The notes under the pieces are model-generated. The model worked only from the letters and a program-made list of their open reading frames with translations. It was not told where the DNA came from and made no database searches. 57,216 nt of DNA, from IMG/VR virus record IMGVR_UViG_3300027877_000007, positions 1 through 57,216 of that record; one strand, given 5' to 3'. Origin of the DNA: a virus (taxonomy: Duplodnaviria; Caudoviricetes). Made by a program: the position numbers and the translations under genes. Below, one piece after another: positions 10,061 through 20,229 of the stretch; position 1 is the stretch's first letter, and each line of letters opens with the position of its first letter.

Positions 10061-10561
10061 ATGGCACGATGTGAAGAGTTTTACGAAAAGTGGAGGCAAT
10101 ATCCGAACTGGTGTGAGAAGGCAAAGAGTAGTGTGTCACAGATAAACGCCTATTTATCCATGGTGGATTTGTTGCAGAGGGAAGGGGTAAATCCAGAGTT
10201 CGCATATGCGAACTTTCCGGAGGCAGCTGCACGTCCGATAATGGGTATCAAAAACACAGAGATAAAGGACAAGGTGATAGGCCGTGTATCTCATGCCCTT
10301 AAAACAAAGAAGCTCTACAAAGACACGATGAAAAAAGGTGATCCTGAACCTTCACACATGACCATGATGGATGTCAAGGATATAATCCATGAGTATATTC
10401 AGGACACCAAGACAGAAAAACCATTGCCCAAGCATCCACACTACTGCATAAAATTTCGTATTATAGACGAGCATGGTGAGGATACGAGTGACTGGGTGGA
10501 CGTATCATACGAGGACTACGAGGAACTGGTATCTAAATATGGAACTATCGGCTCAAAATAA
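10061..10561 (+). CDS. Hypothetical protein
   Basis: ATG 10061 (MARCEEF) is the likely start; leads into the methyltransferase gene. Confidence 0.65.
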   Translation: MARCEEFYEKWRQYPNWCEKAKSSVSQINAYLSMVDLLQREGVNPEFAYANFPEAAARPIMGIKNTEIKDKVIGRVSHALKTKKLYKDTMKKGDPEPSHMTMMDVKDIIHEYIQDTKTEKPLPKHPHYCIKFRIIDEHGEDTSDWVDVSYEDYEELVSKYGTIGSK

Positions 10562-10563
10562 AT

Positions 10564-11388
10564 ATGTCTAAAATACTTACCTGTGATGCAGTTATGGGGT
10601 TACAAACCCTCGAATCAGAATCTATTGATTTAACTGTCACTTCTCCACCCTACGATAATCTGCGGCAATATCATGGCATATCTCTGGACATGGATGGGGT
10701 AACAAGAGAGCTTTATCGTGTTACAAAAAAGGGTGGCGTGGTTGTATGGGTGGTAGGGGATGCAGTAATAAACGGTGGTGAATCTGGTAATTCGTTTCGT
10801 CAGGCATTAAAATTCATGGATGCTGGTTTCCTGCTCAATGATACGATGATTTACAAAAAAACGGGCACTACCTTCTCCGAAACAGGAAAGAGATACACGC
10901 AGATATTCGAGTATATGTTTGTGTTCAGTAAGGGCATCCCAAAAACCTTTAATCCGATAAAAGACGTGCCGAAGTTGTGGGAAGGTTCATGGGGAAAAGG
11001 CACTCAAAGGCAAAAGGATGGCACGCTTAAAGATAATAATAATCCTACATGCGGGGCTGCTCGTTCTGGCCGTGATGATACGGGAAAATATGGGTGGAAA
11101 CAGAGATATAACATATGGGAATATAAGAGTGGAGGGAAGTTCAAGCACCCGGATTGGGAGATTGCAAAAAAACATCCTGCAACATTTCCTTATAAACTGG
11201 CTGAAGATCACATCCTGTCATGGAGTAACATAGGTGATGTCGTGCTGGATCCGTTCTGCGGCAGCGGGACGGTAGGACTTGCGGCAACGATAAACAACCG
11301 TGAATACATCCTCATGGACATATCAGAGGTATACACTACTATTGCAAAAGAAAGAATCAATAAACCCATGCAGAGGAAGATAATATGA
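10564..11388 (+). CDS. DNA N4/N6 methyltransferase (beta class)
   Basis: VTSPPYD; RVTKKGG; HPATFP; LDPFCGSGT. Confidence 0.93.
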   Translation: MSKILTCDAVMGLQTLESESIDLTVTSPPYDNLRQYHGISLDMDGVTRELYRVTKKGGVVVWVVGDAVINGGESGNSFRQALKFMDAGFLLNDTMIYKKTGTTFSETGKRYTQIFEYMFVFSKGIPKTFNPIKDVPKLWEGSWGKGTQRQKDGTLKDNNNPTCGAARSGRDDTGKYGWKQRYNIWEYKSGGKFKHPDWEIAKKHPATFPYKLAEDHILSWSNIGDVVLDPFCGSGTVGLAATINNREYILMDISEVYTTIAKERINKPMQRKII

Positions 11389-11882
11389 CCGTGCCTGCTA
11401 ATTATACGGGTGGAGATGAATACATGCACTTCTTCACTGATACGATAGGTATAGAAGGTATTGATTGGAGGTTTGCAACACCTGAAGAAAACAAGACATG
11501 TGGTGACATTTATTTGATAAAAACAGGTAGATTTGTTGAGGTAAAAACTGATTACAGAACACATCTGATAGAACCAACAGGGAATATCTATTTTGAAGAT
11601 TCATCCGATGATAAAAATGGTGAGCACAGAATATCAGGGATAAACCAGAACTGTGATGAATGGTTCGTAATATGCCCTCGTATAGATGCATCTCCTGAAA
11701 TGTTCTGGTTCAAGGACATGGTAAAACTACGAGAATTCGTTGCTCAATATAGAAAGGTAACAAAATATCCTGATGAACGTGAGAAGAAAAAGACCATGGG
11801 GTATATTGTGCCATCAAGAGATTGCCGGGAAATAGACGAGCTACACCCGAAAATAACGATACAAAAAAGGTTAGAGGTATGA
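11385..11882 (+). CDS. PD-(D/E)XK nuclease-like protein
   Basis: GDIY...VEVKTD...TGNIYFE; ATGA-coupled to the methyltransferase. Confidence 0.6.
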   Translation: MTVPANYTGGDEYMHFFTDTIGIEGIDWRFATPEENKTCGDIYLIKTGRFVEVKTDYRTHLIEPTGNIYFEDSSDDKNGEHRISGINQNCDEWFVICPRIDASPEMFWFKDMVKLREFVAQYRKVTKYPDEREKKKTMGYIVPSRDCREIDELHPKITIQKRLEV

Positions 11883-12006
11883 AACGAATCTACAAATGCT
11901 TCGTCTGTCAATATACATGGGAAGCTCCCTCCATACCTGAAAAATGCCCTTTGTGCGGAACTAATGGTATTAGCTATGTCTGGAAACAGGAAGAGAGGAA
12001 AAAGAT

Positions 12007-12381
12007 ATGATTGATAGCCGGTGGTTAATTTTTGCTCTAACAGGGGCTGTATTTATTTTAATGGTAGTGGTTATGGTAATGCCAATACAGCCGTTCACCA
12101 TGCACATAAAAAGCCTGAATGATAATTCATTAACCCATGGTTCGTTCTTCTTGGGTTCGGGTTCAATAGACGAAGAGCCTGTCTTTGTTACGTATGTAAT
12201 GTTAAACAATGGTGGATACAAATTAAAAACAATTCCGGCAGGAGAGTTTACAACAATTTATGAAGATGATCCACCAGTCCCATATGTCTATGTATGGGGT
12301 AGTACATGCTTCTTATATTATGAAATTCACGTGCCAAAAGGAACGATAATACAGGCGTATAATCTGGATGGTAAGTTATGA
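12007..12381 (+). CDS. Membrane-anchored hypothetical protein
   Basis: Hydrophobic N-terminal helix; GSFFLGSGSI motif; ends YEIHVPKGTI. Confidence 0.7.
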   Translation: MIDSRWLIFALTGAVFILMVVVMVMPIQPFTMHIKSLNDNSLTHGSFFLGSGSIDEEPVFVTYVMLNNGGYKLKTIPAGEFTTIYEDDPPVPYVYVWGSTCFLYYEIHVPKGTIIQAYNLDGKL

Positions 12382-12481
12382 CCGAATGTGCATGTATGTA
12401 TGATTTCTGGATTGGCCTTGCCGTTGGAATTGTCGGAGTATTTTATGGATATTTAATAGGCAACTGGATGCGTGGTATATA

Positions 12482-12772
12482 ATGTGCATGAAGTGTGATG
12501 CGATAATCCGCTTTGCTGATGACTACGGGGATAATGTTGCAACCTTCCACTGCCAGCTCGAAAAAGGGCACACGGGATTACATCTGGAACGTGGGGATAT
12601 GGGTACAGAAGATAATCTCATCCCCTACGTCTTATCATGGAACGGTACTGACATAGAAGATGACGACGTAGATTGCGAGGACGAGTGGGTTATCTATGAT
12701 TATGATGCTAACAACCCGTCTATAACTACGAATACATATGCAAATTTCACGCCTGACACAGAGGTGAAGTAA
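12482..12772 (+). CDS. Hypothetical protein (C..C..GH.G.H motif, acidic tail)
   Basis: CQLEKGHTGLH. Confidence 0.55.
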   Translation: MCMKCDAIIRFADDYGDNVATFHCQLEKGHTGLHLERGDMGTEDNLIPYVLSWNGTDIEDDDVDCEDEWVIYDYDANNPSITTNTYANFTPDTEVK

Positions 12773-12915
12773 GGATAATTCTATTATGCCGGAATATCTC
12801 ACCTCGTATCAGGGGTAAAAGTTCACCTCGATAACCTCGTAGAATGAAAAATCCTTCGAGGTGAAAACACCAATCGGAGGCCAAATCAACGTCACCCTGT
12901 TTGGCACCTTAATTA

Positions 12916-12939
12916 TTTTCCGTTACTTTTAAATACTAT
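12916..12939 (+). promoter_or_regulatory. Putative late promoter (TTTTCCGTTAC plus TATA box) upstream of terS
   Basis: 22/24 identical to 34283-34306; contains TTTAAATA. Confidence 0.6.
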
Positions 12940-13049
12940 GTCTGCCTATAATACCATTACTATTCATATTTTCAATACATTTTATTACTGGGAATAATAA
13001 AACGTGCAGGACTTACACAATAAAAACTTCACAATATAGGAGATAAAAC

Positions 13050-13640
13050 GTGAAACAAGCAAAGACACACATCAGTGTTCGGGCTAAAAACGGGAGAGGC
13101 AGACCGTCAAAATTCAACGAGGAATATACAACCAGACTGGCAGGGTGGCTGGCGAGGGACGGGCTGACTAACGAAGAGATATGCCGTGAGATGGGAATAT
13201 CCACCTCTACGTTGCATGAGTGGTGCAAAAAATATCCTCAATTAGCGAGCGCCATTAAAAAGGGCAAGGACTACGTGGACAGGGAGGTTGAGGATTCCCT
13301 GTTGCGCAGGGCACTGGGGTATGAGTATGAGAAAGAGGAACTGGAAGTTACCACAACTGACACGGTTAAAGGAGATCGTGTGTTCTCAAAGAGGAAAACC
13401 ACAACCATGCACGTGCCTCCCGATGTCGTGGCCATCATCTACTGGCTGGGCAACCGCAAGCCAGCCGTCTGGAAGAACAGGCGTATGGAAACAGACTTTG
13501 AGCACCAGAAGGGTGACATAAGTGACCTGTTCAAGTCATGGAAAGAGAATCCTCCCTCCCTCGATAGTGCAAAATCCCTGTCACTGCCAAAAACCGCATC
13601 ACCTGTAACCTTTGCTGTCGAGCACCAGTCAGAGAAGTAG
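13050..13640 (+). CDS. terS: Terminase small subunit (HTH type)
   Basis: GRPSKF; HTH GLTNEEICREMGISTSTLHEW; VEDSLLRRALGY; PDVVAIIYWL; directly before TerL. Confidence 0.85.
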   Translation: MKQAKTHISVRAKNGRGRPSKFNEEYTTRLAGWLARDGLTNEEICREMGISTSTLHEWCKKYPQLASAIKKGKDYVDREVEDSLLRRALGYEYEKEELEVTTTDTVKGDRVFSKRKTTTMHVPPDVVAIIYWLGNRKPAVWKNRRMETDFEHQKGDISDLFKSWKENPPSLDSAKSLSLPKTASPVTFAVEHQSEK

Positions 13641-13679
13641 AAGTGTCAGACATATGTCGTGCTGAAAACAGGAGAAAGC

Positions 13680-14921
13680 ATGCTGGGAGAGTTGGTGGGT
13701 AAGGCCAGACAGTCTTTCATTGAGTGTAACGCATGGATGAATATATGGGAAGGCGCAGTATCATCCTCAAAAACCGTTACCTGTGACTTTGCATGGATAG
13801 ATTTCATCATTCACGGGCCAAAGGGCAACCTGCTCATGGTAGGCAAGTCAGAGAGGACGTTAAAACGCAACGTCATTGATCCTATGGTAGAGATGTTCGG
13901 GGCCAGACAGATAAGCACCGTGGGCATGGGTAAAGGGGAGATACACATGTTCGGCAGGCTGGTGTATCTGGTGGGTGCGAACGATGAACGGGCTGAACAG
14001 AAAATACGTGGTGCGTCATTAGTAGGGGCATACTGTGATGAAATAACCCTCTATCCTGAATCTTTTTTCCAGATGTTACTTACCCGTCTGCGTTCACCCG
14101 GCGCACGATTGTTTGGGACAACCAATCCCGATACACCCTATCACTGGTTCAAGGTCAATTTCCTCGACAGGAAAGAAGAGCTGGACTTAAAATCATGGAA
14201 GTTCACACTGGATGATAACCCGTATCTCGAACCAGAATACGTAGAGAATTTAAAAAGGACGTATACTGGGCTATGGTATCGCAGGTTCATCCTTGGTGAA
14301 TGGTGTATTGCAGAGGGAGCAGTCTATGACGGGTTCAACATAGATATTCACGTCGTGGATAAACCGCCTTTTGCAATTCAGGACTACTACGTGGCCATAG
14401 ACTACGGGACGAACAACCCGTGCTGTTTCCTGCTCATAGGGGTGAATGGGAAACAGGCGTATTGTGTCAAGGAATACTATTACGACAGTGTGAAAGAAAA
14501 ACGGCAAAAGACCGATGCGGAGTATGCCGATGATCTGTATAAGTTCGTGGGGAGTGTGCCTATCCGCTCCATAATCATAGATCCTTCAGCTGCCTCGTTC
14601 AAGGTGGAGTTACTACGCAGGCATTGGCCTATCCGTGACGCAATAAATGATGTCATAGACGGGATACGTACAGTGAGCGTGATGCTGGGACAAGGGAGAT
14701 ACCACATTCACAAAGACTGCACGAATCACATCAAGGAATTCATGAGTTACGTATGGGATGCACGGTCAATCACGTTAGGTGAGGACAGACCGAAAAAAGA
14801 GAATGACCACTCCCTCGATGCGTGCCGATACTGTTTACACACGGTAGTAGGGAGAGAGGTATACGCAATCAACTTCGCTAACCACCCTCCCGGACAGTAT
14901 ATTACGTTCAAGGGATTGTAG
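13680..14921 (+). CDS. terL: Terminase large subunit, PBSX-type
   Basis: Walker A EGAVSSSKT; IRG..AYCDE; TTNP; nuclease motifs AIDYGTNNP, DPSAA, DHSLDACRY. Confidence 0.95.
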   Translation: MLGELVGKARQSFIECNAWMNIWEGAVSSSKTVTCDFAWIDFIIHGPKGNLLMVGKSERTLKRNVIDPMVEMFGARQISTVGMGKGEIHMFGRLVYLVGANDERAEQKIRGASLVGAYCDEITLYPESFFQMLLTRLRSPGARLFGTTNPDTPYHWFKVNFLDRKEELDLKSWKFTLDDNPYLEPEYVENLKRTYTGLWYRRFILGEWCIAEGAVYDGFNIDIHVVDKPPFAIQDYYVAIDYGTNNPCCFLLIGVNGKQAYCVKEYYYDSVKEKRQKTDAEYADDLYKFVGSVPIRSIIIDPSAASFKVELLRRHWPIRDAINDVIDGIRTVSVMLGQGRYHIHKDCTNHIKEFMSYVWDARSITLGEDRPKKENDHSLDACRYCLHTVVGREVYAINFANHPPGQYITFKGL

Positions 14922-15220
14922 AACGTATCCCGTAGGCCCGCTTTGCGTCTGTTAGTCCAGCAAAAACCTACGAGGTAAGAAAATCGTCAGGGGATAAACA
15001 GTTGTTTACCACGTGGTGTGAGGTTAGAATGGAAAAATAACCCTCCATCAACTGCACCCGGTTTTTTCGTTACGGTATTTTCCCATACCTTTATATACCC
15101 ACTTTATATAGAAGTGATAGGAAGTTATTTAAAGTCAGACAGCATATAGGTCGATTGTAGAAAGGGGATAAGGAGAGAAACTTACCCTTTCGATGAGTAG
15201 GCTATTTGCGCAATTTTCGT

Positions 15221-15359
15221 GGTCAGGGGTGATTGCGCACACCAAAGTGTATTCTTGGGTTTGTTCAAAGACAAGTACCGGGCATACTCGTCTGTAAGAA
15301 TCCTTCCTATGGGCAAGGAAAACATTTGCAGACAGTGGGTGAAAATCCCACCCTGATCT
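15221..15359 (+). ncRNA. tRNA-like RNA 1 (acceptor stem and T-arm, enlarged interior)
   Basis: GGTCAGG/CCTGATC 7-bp stem; GTGGG-TGAAAAT-CCCAC arm; internal GTCTGTAA/TTGCAGAC helix. Confidence 0.55.
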
Positions 15360-15372
15360 GCATTACTTATGT

Positions 15373-15489
15373 GTCGAGGGGCACGATGTCCAGCTGGCAA
15401 GTGCCAAATTGGGATGGCTCAGACGTGTTCCATCCAGCTGACGGACGTATAAACGAATCGGCAAGCAGGTGGAATCCCTGCCCTCGACA
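15373..15489 (+). ncRNA. tRNA-like RNA 2 (acceptor stem and T-arm, long internal helix)
   Basis: GTCGAGG/CCTCGAC perfect stem; GCAGG-TGGAATC-CCTGC arm; CAGCTGG/CCAGCTG helix. Confidence 0.6.
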
Positions 15490-15501
15490 ATCCTATCACG
15501 T

Positions 15502-15577
15502 GTCAGTGCAGCACCTGTTGGAACGGTGTGCCCGGCCTGTAACCGGGAGGTCGCAGGTTCAATTCCTGCCTCTGACT
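15502..15577 (+). tRNA. tRNA-Thr(UGU)-like, atypical (C8, C33, one acceptor mismatch)
   Basis: GTCAGTG/CTCTGAC acceptor; GCAC/GTGT D-stem; CCCGG-CCTGTAA-CCGGG anticodon arm; GCAGG-TTCAATT-CCTGC T-arm. Confidence 0.75.
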
Positions 15578-16378
15578 TCAGGGGTTATCCCTATGATAAG
15601 TGACCAGAAAATCTCTATTCTTCGTGGCGAGGCTGTGGCTAGGTGTAGAGAACGCCTTGACCGTGCTGCCTCGCTTGCCAAAACGTCAGACGCTTGTCGT
15701 GCTGAAATGGGTACAGCCGGGCGTTTGAAATCCAAGTGGCTTTGACAATAGAAACGTCTTAATTTATAAACATTCAATATAATGTTATGTATGCCTGCGA
15801 GGACAACTGGATTGGTGTATCCATTAGATGTCCTCACTGCCGTGAATGGCTGGACGTAGAAGCTCCAGACCGTCCACCCATAGGCAGTAAGGCGGAGGCA
15901 TGGTGTCGTGTGTGCGGAAAAATGTTCATGGTAGAGGTATGATGTATGGGAAAATGTAGAGAGGCCATTGAGCTTTTAAAAGAAATGGAATGGAGCGGGT
16001 ATCATACAGACTACGAGGATTCGTGGGGTGTCCTGACACATGCCTGCCCGTGCTGTCTGAACGCAATGGTGGATGGGCATAAGGAAACGTGCAAGCTGAA
16101 GGAACTGATCGGATGACACTATTAGAACGAGCGGCTGATTGGTGCTGGGACATCCTTTCTGGATTAATGCCCGTTGTCGTTTTCATATTTTTCCTTATCC
16201 TTCTGTTCTGCCTTATTTTACTAATCGGAGCGTTTTTTATGGGGATATATGCATGAGAGAGAAAGAATTGCGTCTGATGATTCGTAAAGAACCAACTCGT
16301 ATCCGGGAACATGTAGATATGGTGCGTGTTTTCAAAGATGCTGCTAACACACACGAATTTCCAAGAAGGTATAGATAA

Positions 16379-16648
16379 ATGAAAGAATTTGCCTGTAATT
16401 GTACCGAACATTCGTTAGTAGTCAGTAGAATACCATTGGACGAGGATAATCCTTCTCCCAATGACCATGATGAATTTGAAATTTCAGTATGGTATTATGG
16501 CCACCAGTATTATTCTGTTAGTCAGAGGTTGCGGCACATCTGGAGAATCCTTCGACACGGCCACCCATGGGCAGATATGATAGTTCTTAACCGTGAAACG
16601 GCAACACAACTGCGTGATTATCTTACACAGGAGCTGGGTGAACTTTAA
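16379..16648 (+). CDS. Hypothetical protein
   Basis: GAAGGT RBS; C.C..H N-terminus; RLRHIWRILRHG motif. Confidence 0.6.
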   Translation: MKEFACNCTEHSLVVSRIPLDEDNPSPNDHDEFEISVWYYGHQYYSVSQRLRHIWRILRHGHPWADMIVLNRETATQLRDYLTQELGEL

Positions 16649-16936
16649 TGTGTTTCTATGATGGTGATGTAGAGGACGCACGTTCTTTTCTGGTTGAACA
16701 TGGATATATGACCAAAGAAGAGGCCGTAAAAAGAAGGAAACAAAAAACAAAATCTGAATCTGAAAGGAAATGGAAAAATATTGGGTGAACTTATGAAAAC
16801 TGAAATCGGGTTCTTACTTATGACTGGGTGCATGATGATAATGTATCTCGTAATTATACTAGCCTTCGTCTTTGCAGGCGGGTACATTATCCTTTACCTG
16901 TTGAAAGCATTTGGAGTGATATAGAGGCGATACTAA

Positions 16937-17368
16937 ATGTGCAACATACTTGCAAAAGAATGTAAAATCTGTGGGAAGCTCATGCCTCTCCACTTGGGAG
17001 ATTATGACACTGATCCTGAAGAGGTTGAAATGTTCTGTCAAGATCATCTCCCCTGTAGTGATGTGCGAATTTATACCCTGAAGGAAGATGACGTGTGGGA
17101 CGATTTCCCCGAAGATTTCATAGATACCCGAAAACCCATAGTCATCTATCCTGCACATACCAAGTTCGGGATACGTGCCCTTACGGACAATGCACGCATA
17201 AACAAGGATAAAAACCACCCGAATGTTGCAGCTGACTGGATGGAGATGGATCTTAACGAGAAGGGACAGGTAGTACCTATCGTAAAAATGAGCCGGGCAG
17301 ACATCGAGGCTAAGATGGAAGGAATAGTTCAACGACTACGCGACAAGGCCCAGCACAAAGAAAAATGA
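16937..17368 (+). CDS. Hypothetical protein (CxxC, CxxH)
   Basis: GAGG RBS; 143-aa ORF. Confidence 0.65.
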   Translation: MCNILAKECKICGKLMPLHLGDYDTDPEEVEMFCQDHLPCSDVRIYTLKEDDVWDDFPEDFIDTRKPIVIYPAHTKFGIRALTDNARINKDKNHPNVAADWMEMDLNEKGQVVPIVKMSRADIEAKMEGIVQRLRDKAQHKEK

Positions 17369-17739
17369 GGGGTATATAAATTTATGTGCGGCAGGTAGGG
17401 GTTGTCAGGGGTGAAGTCAAAAAATTACAATTTGGCTCACTTTGTCTGACGCTTGTCGTGCTGAAAACCCAGATCTTGTGGAGAAAGCATGGATGTTTGT
17501 AGACACTGTTTAATCACGAAGGCGAGCTGGACTGACGGAGAGAGAAGTTACCGTCTTGCTTTCTGCCTGACAGATACCTGTGACTACATCTCCCGTTTAT
17601 GTCTGGTCAAGTTCCAACAGGAAGTCAAGGAAAATAAAGTCTATTCTGAAATCAAATCCGCACGCCTCCCCGATGGCACGTGGTAACGTTCTTATTTCTA
17701 CGAGTAATATATCTATTAAATGTCTGTTTTGAGGGTATC

Positions 17740-18483
17740 ATGAAGGAATATCTTGTACTTGGTGATTTGCATTGTGGTTCTAATGTATCGGTTTCTACGA
17801 ATCCCAAAAATTCGATACAAAAAGGAATTCGTAAGAAATGGAAAGAAATGGTTGAACATCTTGCATCCCATACCTTTGCAGGCGGGATAAATCTTGGTGA
17901 CAACACAGAGGGAACAGACTATCATTCGATGGGCAAATACAATGACACGAATGACCATCTTGAACAGGTAAACATGGCCTGTGAACTTTTACAGGAACTA
18001 CCTGTTAAAAAGTGGTGTGTTGTCAATGGGAGCCGTTATCACATAGGCAGTAATCCTACAGACGATGAACTGGTTGCAGATAAGCTGGGTGCAAAATATG
18101 GGAGTGAACATATAATAGATACAGGATATGGACGTATTCATGCCAGTCATAAAGTTGGGGTGTCCATGTCTGCAACAGCCTACAGACCTACTCCCATAGC
18201 ACGGGAAATGATGCTGGCAACTCTCAATCAGGAAGAGTATGGAAAATTCAAAGTTATCCTCCGGGGCCATGCCCATTACTATGTACAAGTCAGATTCGGC
18301 GGGACTATGGGTGTCATCTGCCCGTGTTGGAAGGGGAGGGACGTTTTTGCACAGGAAAGGACATTGGCCATGATGCCACACTTGGGATACTGCATCCTGC
18401 AATTTGAAGGCACTTCCTTTAATTTAGAACCACATCTCTTCACTTTAAAGAAAAAGAACCTCATAAGTGAGATTAAGTTATAA
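17740..18483 (+). CDS. Calcineurin-like metallophosphoesterase
   Basis: GDLHCG; NLGD; GSRYH (variant of GNH); H; RGHAH. Confidence 0.8.
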   Translation: MKEYLVLGDLHCGSNVSVSTNPKNSIQKGIRKKWKEMVEHLASHTFAGGINLGDNTEGTDYHSMGKYNDTNDHLEQVNMACELLQELPVKKWCVVNGSRYHIGSNPTDDELVADKLGAKYGSEHIIDTGYGRIHASHKVGVSMSATAYRPTPIAREMMLATLNQEEYGKFKVILRGHAHYYVQVRFGGTMGVICPCWKGRDVFAQERTLAMMPHLGYCILQFEGTSFNLEPHLFTLKKKNLISEIKL

Positions 18484-18562
18484 TAAATATATTTAAATAC
18501 TATTAGTCACATACACTCTTCTATCCTTCTGGCGGAAAATAAGTCCAGAGGACGTGACTAAT

Positions 18563-18697
18563 ATGTTAAAAACTCAAGAACAAAAAAAGATTCCGGTTCA
18601 GCGTAGCTGCCCGGATTGTGGAAGTAAACAGTTTTACTTCCGTGTAAAGACAGAGGATTTCGTCTGCCAAAAATGCGGATGTGTGTGGAGTAAGTAG
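18563..18697 (+). CDS. 44-aa zinc-ribbon protein (below the ORF-track cutoff)
   Basis: Hand translation MLKTQEQKKIPVQRSCPDCGSKQFYFRVKTEDFVCQKCGCVWSK; follows a TTTAAATA box. Confidence 0.65.
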   Translation: MLKTQEQKKIPVQRSCPDCGSKQFYFRVKTEDFVCQKCGCVWSK

Positions 18698-18698
18698 T

Positions 18699-19655
18699 AT
18701 GATAACAGAACGTGAAAAAGAGTTACAGAAGCGGTTTGAATCTATTGATGCCCGCACTGGAACGCCTATGATCCTTTCCAAGTCATCCATAGGTGTTGAT
18801 CTTGCAGTTCCAAATAATCCGGGCGGATACCAGCGTGAACGGTTTCTGACCGAACCCAAATTGAAAAAGATGCGGAAGTCGTTTTCAATGTTCCTCTTCG
18901 GAGCATTGCACATTGCTGACTATAGTGGTGTTCCGGGCGGAGAACACATAACAGGACATGTATACAATGCACTTGATGGGAATGGCCGTTTGACCGTTGC
19001 AAAAGACATTCCTGAAGTTACAGAGGTGCCGTGTATGGTGTATCCAGTAAGCTCGCGTGACGAGGCCGCTTACCTATTCCGTGAACTTGACAGCCAGAGG
19101 AAGAACATCTCCCCACTGGAGAGGTTCAATGTGAATATCGCATTAAAAGATCCTACGGCTATACGGATACGGGATGTGCTAAAACGACATGGTATTGAAG
19201 TATCCAAAGGTCAGAAGGTAATGCACATTGCCGCTATTGGAGCTTGTTATAGTATTGTGAAATCTCCCCACTTTGATCGGACAATTCGTGCCGTAGCTGC
19301 AATGTGCCGTAGGCATGATGCACCCGTAACAGCTTTCTGTGTTCGGGCTACCCATTATGTTCTTGCACATGCGGCATGGGTATCAGACAATGCACCACCA
19401 CAAGCAACTCGACAGTCACAGTTTGACCGTCTATGGAATAAACTCATAAGCATTGATCCACGTAAACTTCAGGAGAAGGTGGATAATATCGGGAAATTGG
19501 AACTCAATGGTGATATCTATCTTGGAAGTGTACTTATGGGGATGATCAATGAGGGACTTCACTACAGGTTCGTTCTTAACACTGTAGCTCAGCAAGAATT
19601 CGGCAGCTCTTCTAAAATAGGAGAGCAAGATTCATATACAATCATTGACATATAA
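18699..19655 (+). CDS. ParB/Srx-like N-terminal domain protein
   Basis: GYQR; ALDGNGRL (DGxHR-like); VPCMV; AAYLF..LD..RK.I...ERF. Confidence 0.65.
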   Translation: MITEREKELQKRFESIDARTGTPMILSKSSIGVDLAVPNNPGGYQRERFLTEPKLKKMRKSFSMFLFGALHIADYSGVPGGEHITGHVYNALDGNGRLTVAKDIPEVTEVPCMVYPVSSRDEAAYLFRELDSQRKNISPLERFNVNIALKDPTAIRIRDVLKRHGIEVSKGQKVMHIAAIGACYSIVKSPHFDRTIRAVAAMCRRHDAPVTAFCVRATHYVLAHAAWVSDNAPPQATRQSQFDRLWNKLISIDPRKLQEKVDNIGKLELNGDIYLGSVLMGMINEGLHYRFVLNTVAQQEFGSSSKIGEQDSYTIIDI

Positions 19656-19662
19656 TTAGTCA

Positions 19663-20229
19663 ATGATCCCTTTTTTAGATAAAAAATATAAGTGCATTGT
19701 TGCAGATCCGCCATGGGAGTATGAATCTAAATGGGCTGGTGCTCATGGAGGGAGTGCGGCAAGCAGAAAATATGAAACAATGTCCCTCGAAAAAATATGT
19801 GCCCTGCCTGTCCCTGACATTACCGATAAGGATTGTGTTCTTTTTCTATGGGCAACCACACCTCTGCTCGAACAGTCATTTGAAGTCCTGAAGGCATGGA
19901 AGTTCAAATACAGGACGGCCCTGTACTGGCATAAAGTGGATGCAATGGGGATTGGATGGTGGTTCAGGGGACAGGTTGAAGTATGCCATGTTGCAACGCA
20001 TGGGAAGATACGTGCGTTTCAGGATCAATCGCCTAACATAATAATAGAGAGGCCACGCCTGCACTCACAGAAGCCAAAAAAGTTTTTTTACCTCGTAGAT
20101 ACGATAACAAGAAAATATAACCTCGAACCTAAACTTGAAATGTTCGCACGTGACAGGAACGAGGGCTGGGATGCATGGGGAAATCAGGTATCTCCTGATG
20201 AACAAAAAAAGTTGAGGATAGATGACTGA
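19663..20229 (+). CDS. MT-A70 family adenine methyltransferase
   Basis: ADPPW; YETM; LFLWAT; HSQKP; LEMFAR..EGWDAWGNQ. Confidence 0.92.
   Translation: MIPFLDKKYKCIVADPPWEYESKWAGAHGGSAASRKYETMSLEKICALPVPDITDKDCVLFLWATTPLLEQSFEVLKAWKFKYRTALYWHKVDAMGIGWWFRGQVEVCHVATHGKIRAFQDQSPNIIIERPRLHSQKPKKFFYLVDTITRKYNLEPKLEMFARDRNEGWDAWGNQVSPDEQKKLRIDD

Noticed and set aside
14925-15070. Hairpins after terL and at about 15628-15675 as a named ncRNA
   Set aside because: Pairing is plausible, but there is no recognisable family and not enough support without folding and covariation analysis.
15502-15577. tRNA-Tyr(GUA) reading
   Set aside because: Centring GTA in the loop breaks the CCCGG/CCGGG stem; the 7-nt loop CCTGTAA centres on TGT.
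15233-15745. 170-aa + strand ORF
   Set aside because: It overlaps three tRNA-shaped elements, has a TTG start, and shows no recognisable protein motif.
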